The position numbers and the translations under genes are program-made. The notes under the pieces are model-generated. The model was given only the letters and a program-made list of their open reading frames with translations. It had not been told where the DNA came from and searched no databases. A DNA stretch of 64,000 nucleotides, taken from positions 98,862 to 162,861 of the forward strand of contig CBINOO010000002.1 of the NCBI GenBank assembly GCA_966252305.1, written 5' to 3'. Of this stretch, positions 57,357-64,000 are shown piece by piece. The DNA comes from an uncultured Acidimicrobiia bacterium. GTDB taxonomy: Bacteria > Acidobacteriota > Vicinamibacteria > Vicinamibacterales > SCN-69-37. Numbering within the stretch: the stretch's first letter is position 1; every line of letters starts with the position of its first letter.

Positions 57357-59953
57357 ATCGCGTCATTGCCACGCTGGTCGCACGCTGCCTTCCCGCCGAC
57401 TCAAGGGACGTGATTCTCGGCGACCTTGAGGAGGAGTGGCGCGAACGGCGGGATGGACGGGGCGCTGCGCACGCGTCGTGGTGGCTGTGCCGCGCGACGG
57501 TGCGCGCGTGCGTGATCCGCACGGGATTGGATCCGGCGCCGGCGTCATCCGGCGTCGAGATGGGGGAACAGATGAGGCACATGTGGAGCGGGTTTGGCCA
57601 GAGCGCGCGCGCGCTGGCACGCAGGCCCCTGACAACGCTGCTGGCCATCCTGACGATTGCGCTCGGTGTGGGCGCCAACGTCGCCATGTTCATCGTCGCC
57701 TGGCCGGTGCTGGCCGGTGCGATGCCGTTTCCCGATGAAGCCAGGCTGACGCTGGTGTCGCTGACGTATCAACGCTCCGACGGCCGTGCCCGGAACAACC
57801 TCTCGGTGGGGGACTACAACGACCTGCGCACCGTCCAGGGCTTTGCTGCCTCAGCGGCCTTCAGCAAGTACACCGCGCAGATGAACCTCGAATCGAGCGA
57901 TGGCGCGGAGCAGCTGACCGTGGCTGCCGTCACGGAGGAGTTCTTTGACACTCTGAAGGTCACACCCGTTGCGGGGAGGGTGTTCAGCCGTCGCTCCGAC
58001 GATCTGACGCGCGCGGTCGTGCTCAGCGAGGGCGCGTGGCGTCGGCGGTTCGGAGCAGCGCCTGATCTCATCGGGCAGAACATCCGCCTCGACGGGGAGT
58101 CGTTCACCGTGATTGGTGTCGCGCCGGCCTGGGCCGGCCTGGGCACCGTGGACGCGGACGCCTGGCGGTGGATGGAGATCAGTCCAGGCCTTCGCACTCG
58201 CGGCGCGTACTACCTCGGCATGACTGCGCGGCTGCGCGACGACACGTCACTCGCCGTGGCGAACCAGCAGATTGCGGCTGTGATGCAGCGAGCCGCCATG
58301 GAGTTTCCCCAGTTCAACGCGATTCTGAGTGCCGAGGCCGAGCCGCTGCGTGAGGCATCGTCCCGCGCAGTCCACACGACCATGACACTGCTGGTCGTGG
58401 CTGCAGGGCTGGTGTTGCTGGTGGCCGTCGTGAATCTCTCCGGCGTGCAGGTCGCGCGTTTCGTGGATCGGAGTCAGGAACTCGCGGTTCGCAGAGCCAT
58501 CGGCGCCACACGCGCGCAGCTGGCAGCGCTCGTGATGCGCGAGCAACTCCTGGTGGCCGTTGCCGGCGGGGTCGTGGGCACGGCGCTGGCCCTGGCCGCG
58601 GTGCGCGGTCTTGGCGCGGTAGCTCCGTCATTTGGCTGGGCGCGGTTTGTCACCGTCTCGTCACCCGTGCTTGCGGCGTACGCGTGCGCACTGTCGTTGG
58701 TGGCCGCGGTGATTGTCGGCGCGTGGCCGGCGTGGAAAGCCGGCGCGTCTGGTGGGGGATCGCTGCAGACGCGCGACGTGACTGCCGGGCGTCGAGCCGG
58801 CCGTCAACGCGGGTGGATCATGACCCTCCAGGTGGCCGCGACGTGTGTCCTGTTGATCATGGCCGCGTTGGTGTCCCGCAGCCAGTCCGCCGTCCTTTCG
58901 GTCGATACAGGATTCGATCTGTCGAGGACGATGGCTGCGGATGTGAACGTGCCGGCCTCACGGTATTCAGACACCGTGGCGCTGGGCGACTTCTTCAGGC
59001 GTCTGTCGGGCCGTATTGCAGACATCCCCGGCGTCACGCACGTGTGCTTCGTGAACGAAGTGCCGCTCGACCGCGGGCCGGGCAACATGACGTACGTGCC
59101 TGAGGGCACGAAGGGGCTCGTGTCGGCATTGCCGATAACCATTACGGCAGGCTGCCCACAGGCATTCGACGTCCCGCTGCTCTCCGGGCGCTGGTTCACC
59201 GAAGAGGAGCCGACGGAGTCCATCCTTGTGTCGAGAGAGATGGCGCGCAAACTGTTTCCAGACGGGCGCGACCCGGTCGGGCAGCGCGTGCACTTCGGTC
59301 TGCCCACCGGCCAACTGTTCACCATCGTGGGCGTGACTGGAGACATCGTGGTGGCTTCCCTCGAGACCGGTGTCAGTCCTGTCGTCTGGATGCCGCAGGC
59401 GCTGGGGTACTTCACCCCCAAACGCCTGCTGGTCAAGGCTGAGCCAGGGGCAACGGTGGACGTGCGGATGGTCAGACAGGCGTTGCGCGACACCGATCCT
59501 GCCGTTGCGTTGGCGAACGTCCGGTCGATCGACGACATCGTCGCGTCTGCGACGGCGGCGCGGCGGTTTGCGTTACTGCTGTTGGGCGGCTTCGCCGTCG
59601 TGGCGAGTGTCTTGTCTGCGGTCGGTGTCTACGGCCTGCTCGCGCACATCGTCGGAGGACGCCGGCAGGAGATTGGGATTCGTGTGGCCCTGGGCGCGAG
59701 TCAATCGCGCATTGCGGGACTCGTGCTGTTGAGGGTCGGGATGGCCGTGGTCGTCGGCGTGGTCATCGGAGCCGCTGCAGCTGTGCTGATGTCGAAAGGG
59801 ATCGAGTCACTCCTGTTCGACGTGGATACTCGGGACATGCGCAGCTACGCGTGGGCCGCTGCCATCGTCACGATGAGCGCAGGGCTCGCCGCATGGTCGC
59901 CCATACGACGAGCCCTCCGCATCGATCCACTGGCGGCGCTGCGCCAGGACTAA
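57353..59953 (+). CDS. Duplicated MacB/FtsX-type orphan ABC permease (ADOP-like)
   Basis: Prefix LP...R..ILGDLEEE, two MacB-like halves, RRQEIGIRVALGA and RRALRIDPLAALRQD. GTGA-coupled to padR. Confidence 0.9.
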   Translation: MNRVIATLVARCLPADSRDVILGDLEEEWRERRDGRGAAHASWWLCRATVRACVIRTGLDPAPASSGVEMGEQMRHMWSGFGQSARALARRPLTTLLAILTIALGVGANVAMFIVAWPVLAGAMPFPDEARLTLVSLTYQRSDGRARNNLSVGDYNDLRTVQGFAASAAFSKYTAQMNLESSDGAEQLTVAAVTEEFFDTLKVTPVAGRVFSRRSDDLTRAVVLSEGAWRRRFGAAPDLIGQNIRLDGESFTVIGVAPAWAGLGTVDADAWRWMEISPGLRTRGAYYLGMTARLRDDTSLAVANQQIAAVMQRAAMEFPQFNAILSAEAEPLREASSRAVHTTMTLLVVAAGLVLLVAVVNLSGVQVARFVDRSQELAVRRAIGATRAQLAALVMREQLLVAVAGGVVGTALALAAVRGLGAVAPSFGWARFVTVSSPVLAAYACALSLVAAVIVGAWPAWKAGASGGGSLQTRDVTAGRRAGRQRGWIMTLQVAATCVLLIMAALVSRSQSAVLSVDTGFDLSRTMAADVNVPASRYSDTVALGDFFRRLSGRIADIPGVTHVCFVNEVPLDRGPGNMTYVPEGTKGLVSALPITITAGCPQAFDVPLLSGRWFTEEEPTESILVSREMARKLFPDGRDPVGQRVHFGLPTGQLFTIVGVTGDIVVASLETGVSPVVWMPQALGYFTPKRLLVKAEPGATVDVRMVRQALRDTDPAVALANVRSIDDIVASATAARRFALLLLGGFAVVASVLSAVGVYGLLAHIVGGRRQEIGIRVALGASQSRIAGLVLLRVGMAVVVGVVIGAAAAVLMSKGIESLLFDVDTRDMRSYAWAAAIVTMSAGLAAWSPIRRALRIDPLAALRQD

Positions 59954-60306
59954 CTGGCCGCTTTCCACAACCCGATCATGCGGCCCTCGGGATCGAGGAA
60001 CAGGGAGATGGCGCCCATGCCGGGCACGTCCTGTTTCTCAACGATCATCGTTCCGCCGGCGGCCTTGATCTTTGCGGCGTAGACGTCGAGATCATCCACG
60101 TCGATGTAGAACGACGTCGGCGCAGGGATCGGCCCATCCTGCGGCTTCATGATGCCGCCGCCGATGCCACCTTCGCCGGTGTTGACCAGGCGATAGTCCA
60201 TCTCCGGGATGTGCTGAATCTCCCAGTCGAAGACGTTCTTGTAGAAGTCGGAAACCTGCTCCGGATTCTGCGACCACAACTCCCAATGCACTACTGGACG
60301 TCCCAT
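59950..60306 (-). CDS. VOC/glyoxalase family protein
   Basis: Motifs VVHWE, FY..VFDW, GIGGGI, YI.V.D.D and F.DPEG..IGLW. Confidence 0.9.
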   Translation of the reverse strand: MGRPVVHWELWSQNPEQVSDFYKNVFDWEIQHIPEMDYRLVNTGEGGIGGGIMKPQDGPIPAPTSFYIDVDDLDVYAAKIKAAGGTMIVEKQDVPGMGAISLFLDPEGRMIGLWKAAS

Positions 60307-60478
60307 GCGAATTCACTCCTTGGATGCTCTCTTACACCTTGGCATCGTCGTCGTTTAGACGAGAGATGATGCTGCGCCTGGGGGCCGCCGGGATTGCAGA
60401 AATGCGACACGCACTGGTGTCGCTAAATTTTTAGCACTTTCGAGGCGAGTCGGTGTCTAATCGCTGCGAGGTCCCTTC

Positions 60479-62824
60479 ATGCTCCATGAACTCCGGCTGG
60501 CCGGTCGCGCGTTGCGCCGGCAGTGGACAGTTTCGGTTGCTGCCGTATTCACCGTCGGGTTGGCTGTATCCGCCAACACCGCACTGTTTTCGATCTTTGA
60601 CGGATTGATGTTCCGCCCCCTGCCGTTCGGTGGTACCGAGCGCATGGTGCACGTGACGGTCCCGCCGGACGTGCGTCGGCGGCTGTCGCGGCCGGAGCTC
60701 GATGCCTTGGATGTGTTGATGGGCACCACACCGCTGCTCGAACGCCGCACGTCAGCCCGGCCGTCTGAGCTGCTGGAGGAGGGCGCCTCTGAGGTGCAGT
60801 CCTGGGGACTTCGGCCGGTTGCGGTCACGCCCGGTTGGTTCGCGCAATTCGGACTTCGACCCGTGGCTGGGCAGTTGGTCGATCCGGGCAACGACACTGG
60901 CTTCCTGATGAGCGAGGACATCTGGCGCGCACGATATGGCGCCGACACGTCGCTGATTGGCACACGAATCCGACTGCCCGGCGACATCTTTCCGGAACGC
61001 CAACCCCCGATCCTGGCCGGCATCGTGCCGCGCGAATTCGCTCAGCCCGACGGTGCGAACTTGTGGTTCGGCTCCGGGCTGTCGACAGCTCAGTTCTTCG
61101 AATATGCCCATCTGGCTGAAGGCGTCACCATCGAACAGCTTCGGGCGGCGCTGCCCCATGCCGTCGTCACTCCCTATCGTGAGTACATACGCCCAGGGGG
61201 CTCAGCCGCGCTGGCAGTCTTGCTGATTGCGACCGGGTTGTTCGTGCTCGTGGCATGGGTGCAGGTGGCGGCGCTGCTGTTTTCACGAGCAACCAGCCGT
61301 GTCGGCGAGATCGGCATTCGGCTGGCACTGGGTGCCGGCCAGCACAGAATTGTTCGCCAATTCCTGGCAGAGGGCGCGCTGATCGTGGTGGCGGCGTTGA
61401 CCATGGCGTGGGTCGTGACGCCGATATTGACCTCAGGTGTGATTGCCCTGTTGCCGGATGGACTGACGCGAGGACAGGCGCTCTTGCCCGACATCAGGGC
61501 ACTGGGTTTCTCTGTGGCAGTGTCCCTTGTGGGCGTCGCCATTCTCGTGGCGGTGCCCGCAGGTGTCATTCGCAAGTTGTCTCCGATCGGCCTGATGCGC
61601 GGCGCGGGACAACCCGGCGCTCCCGTTCGAACGGCACGCTGGCGAACCGCATTGCTGGTGGGACAACTCGCCGTCACCACCACGCTGCTGTATCTATCCG
61701 GACTCGCCATCGGCAGTTTCGACAGAGTGCTCGGCGTTGACATCGGGTTTGAGCCCGCAGGCGTGATGGCGTTTCTGCAACCGCCTGTCACCACAACGGC
61801 CGGCGGCCCGGTGGTGACACCTGAATCTCGTCGCGCTCATCTCCAGCGCCAGTTGCAGGCGGCAGCCGACACCTATCAGGCGCTTCGACTCATCCCTGGC
61901 GTCAGAGCTGCTGCAGGCGGAAGTATCCCCATGTTTCAGCGACGCATGGGTGGCGGTGGCATGTTCGACATTCGAGTCGCCGGCGAGACGGTACCCAGCG
62001 AACGGGCCATCCTCAACACGACCACGCCGGACTATGCGCGCGTGCTTGGACTCACAGTCGTCGAGGGGCGACTGCCTGCTGATGCAGATCTCGGGGGGGA
62101 GCCGGTTGGACTGGTCAACGAGTCGTTCGCTCATGTGCTTGCGGCTCGCGGGGAAGTCCTTGGCCAAAGACTGACGGCAAACAATCGCACTTCACGAGTG
62201 ATCGGCGTCGTGAAGGACTTCTCTCTCGGCAGGCCGGATCGCCCGGTCGAGCCCATGCTGCTCTCTGTGCTTCGCAGCCCGCAGGCCCACTTTCTTGTAA
62301 AGCTGGAGCCCGGTCCCGGACGGGCCGGAGCTGAGGCCGCGGTCGCCGCCACCTTCGAGCGCTTCTGGCCTGGTTATCCAGCGCGCAACTTGATGTCGCT
62401 CGATCGCATCGTTGACGATGCGGTCGCCGACTATCGCGCACGCGCCACGCTGTTGGTGCTGATCGGCGCGATGTGCCTTCCGCTGGCGCTGATTGGTGTG
62501 ATGGGGGCATTCGGGTTCGACGCCCAGCTACGTCGTCGCGAGCTTGCGCTGCGCCTCGCGCTTGGCGCGCAACCCATGGACGTGCAGCGGGCCGTCTTGT
62601 GGAGGGCCACACAGGTGGTTGCGGTGGCCCTCGTGATTGGCGTCGGGGCAGGCGTCGTCATCGGAGAAGCGATGTCGGCCTATCTCTTTGGCGTGCGAAC
62701 ACTCGATCCGGTGACCATCGTTGGCGTCGCGACAGGGCTGGTCGCGCTGGGCTTGCTGGCCGCATGCGTCCCCGGTCGGCGTGCGTCCCGCACGAATCCA
62801 GCGGAGGTGCTTCGGAGCGTGTAG
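60479..62824 (+). CDS. Divergent duplicated MacB/FtsX-type orphan ABC permease
   Basis: Motifs GEIGIRLALGAG, RRRELALRLALGA and P.RRASR.NP.EVLR. No prefix domain and no adjacent PadR. Confidence 0.85.
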   Translation: MLHELRLAGRALRRQWTVSVAAVFTVGLAVSANTALFSIFDGLMFRPLPFGGTERMVHVTVPPDVRRRLSRPELDALDVLMGTTPLLERRTSARPSELLEEGASEVQSWGLRPVAVTPGWFAQFGLRPVAGQLVDPGNDTGFLMSEDIWRARYGADTSLIGTRIRLPGDIFPERQPPILAGIVPREFAQPDGANLWFGSGLSTAQFFEYAHLAEGVTIEQLRAALPHAVVTPYREYIRPGGSAALAVLLIATGLFVLVAWVQVAALLFSRATSRVGEIGIRLALGAGQHRIVRQFLAEGALIVVAALTMAWVVTPILTSGVIALLPDGLTRGQALLPDIRALGFSVAVSLVGVAILVAVPAGVIRKLSPIGLMRGAGQPGAPVRTARWRTALLVGQLAVTTTLLYLSGLAIGSFDRVLGVDIGFEPAGVMAFLQPPVTTTAGGPVVTPESRRAHLQRQLQAAADTYQALRLIPGVRAAAGGSIPMFQRRMGGGGMFDIRVAGETVPSERAILNTTTPDYARVLGLTVVEGRLPADADLGGEPVGLVNESFAHVLAARGEVLGQRLTANNRTSRVIGVVKDFSLGRPDRPVEPMLLSVLRSPQAHFLVKLEPGPGRAGAEAAVAATFERFWPGYPARNLMSLDRIVDDAVADYRARATLLVLIGAMCLPLALIGVMGAFGFDAQLRRRELALRLALGAQPMDVQRAVLWRATQVVAVALVIGVGAGVVIGEAMSAYLFGVRTLDPVTIVGVATGLVALGLLAACVPGRRASRTNPAEVLRSV

Positions 62825-62838
62825 CGCGGCAGCCGCGA

Positions 62839-63720
62839 CTACCTGAGAGCGACAGCGATCGCCCGGGCGGCGATTCCAACACGAGGCCCAGGTATCACCA
62901 GCGCCGGGTCGGTCAGGATGGTGATCCGTCCCGACCGTGCGGCGGGAATCCTTGCTGTTCGCCACACGGCCAGTTCACGTGTTATTCGGTCCTGGTCCCA
63001 GTTGCCACCAGCGCGTAGCTCAATCACGACCTCGGGCGCGCGCACGAGCAGCTGTTCGGCGGAGAGTTGCAGGCCTTCGCGTTGGACGTCAGCCATCACG
63101 TTTTGTCCACCGGCCGCGACGACCAGATCGTTAAGGAAGCCGACGCCGCCGCTGACGAAGAGTCCTCGAAGCGAGCCATCTTCCCGGCCGAACACCAGCA
63201 GCACCTTCGGGGACGGCCGCCCGCGTGCGTCTTTGCGGACGGCGTCGAGTTCTGCCTCGATCCCCGTCGCCACCCGTTCGGCCTGATCGACGTGACCGGT
63301 CACGCGTCCCAGATCGCGAATTGTGGATGTGATGTGCGAGAGCCCGCCGTGACGGTACGAATAGTGGGGGATGTTCGTGGCGTCCAAGCGCCGCACCAGC
63401 TCATCCTGCGATCCGTACGTGACAACCAGATCAGGCCTCAGCGACAGGATCTTCTCGTAGTTGGGATCAAACAAGCCGCCCACGGCCGGCCGCGTCGTCG
63501 CCTCCGGAGGAAAGGTGTCAAAGGACGACACGCCGGCGACCTGATCGCCGGCGCCGATCGCAAACAACATCTCGGTCACGGCAGGTATGAGGCTGATGAT
63601 CCGCTTCGGCACAGCCTGGGCGAACCCAGGAACCCCGAACCCCGAACCGAGGAACCCGAGCACCAGGAACCCCAGCACCAAGCACCCTGGCACCAAGCAC
63701 CGAAGAACGAGGTTCCTCAC
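62839..63720 (-). CDS. BtuF-like cobalamin/iron-chelate ABC substrate-binding protein
   Basis: Motifs RIISLIP..TE.LFAIGAG..V.GV and PN.E.I.SL.PDLV. The GTG at 63720 overlaps the upstream TGA. Confidence 0.88.
   Translation of the reverse strand: MRNLVLRCLVPGCLVLGFLVLGFLGSGFGVPGFAQAVPKRIISLIPAVTEMLFAIGAGDQVAGVSSFDTFPPEATTRPAVGGLFDPNYEKILSLRPDLVVTYGSQDELVRRLDATNIPHYSYRHGGLSHITSTIRDLGRVTGHVDQAERVATGIEAELDAVRKDARGRPSPKVLLVFGREDGSLRGLFVSGGVGFLNDLVVAAGGQNVMADVQREGLQLSAEQLLVRAPEVVIELRAGGNWDQDRITRELAVWRTARIPAARSGRITILTDPALVIPGPRVGIAARAIAVALR
63622..63711. repeat. Degenerate tandem array of twelve 7-8-nt units, G(A/C)ACC-like, encoding the signal peptide
   Basis: gaacccag gaacccc gaacccc gaaccgag gaacccga gcaccag gaacccca gcaccaa gcaccctg gcaccaa gcaccgaa gaacgag. 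Confidence 0.8.
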
Positions 63721-64000
63721 CTTCCCCCCCTGGCGATGAGCATGTACAGAAAAAACGGTCCACCAATCAACGCCGTGATGATGCCGACCGGCAGCTCGAG
63801 TGGCGGCATGACGATGCGTGCGATGACGTCGCAGCAGACGAGAAACGCGGCGCCCATGGCACACGACATCGGCAGCACGAGCCGATGGTCTGCGCCGACG
63901 ATCAGTCTGACGAGGTGGGGAACGATGATGCCGACAAACCCGATTGGCCCGCCTATCGAAACGGCTGCGCCCGTCGCCAGCGACCCGGCGAAGAACGCAA
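63717..64000 (-). CDS. BtuC/FecCD-family ABC permease, C-terminal part (runs off the window)
   Basis: My translation: ...[23 protein letters not shown]...[20 protein letters not shown]. Not listed in the ORF track. Confidence 0.9.
   Translation of the reverse strand, partial: AFFAGSLATGAAVSIGGPIGFVGIIVPHLVRLIVGADHRLVLPMSCAMGAAFLVCCDVIARIVMPPLELPVGIITALIGGPFFLYMLIARGGR

Noticed and set aside
62839..64000. Cobalamin riboswitch for the Btu-like operon
   Set aside because: The operon's 5' end lies outside the window, so it cannot be assessed. The substrate (B12 versus iron chelate) is also unresolved.

Overview
A 64-kb, high-GC, gene-dense bacterial chromosomal segment. PadR-linked orphan duplicated ABC permeases suggest Acidobacteriota, probably Vicinamibacteria-like (inference). 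Content in order: fabI-nagA-DUF4097-queD; a DtxR-associated TonB receptor/TlpA/DtxR-FeoA/split-FeoB metal uptake operon; CoA-transferase and homoserine dehydrogenase; SIMPL; rmuC; an ECF sigma/zinc anti-sigma pair divergent from TolC-MFP-RND-USP-DUF2892-MoeZ; an S1-domain protein; DUF4301; an Rrf2-sufA/B/C/D/S/T/U operon; alpha-2-macroglobulin; two amidohydrolases; PIN-PhoH; a BNR/VPS10 protein; IscS; a pseudo-protease/antiporter/antiporter-OtsA fusion/OtsB operon; three orphan permeases with two PadR regulators; and the end of a BtuC/BtuF-type ABC operon. I saw no rRNA, tRNA, CRISPR array, transposase or prophage. The best candidate for an undescribed system is the operon at 47.8-53.3 kb, where trehalose-6-phosphate synthase is fused to a cation/proton antiporter-like membrane domain. 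Also notable are short palindromic and tandem repeats that lie inside coding sequences. All calls come from reading motifs by eye; no database searches were run.
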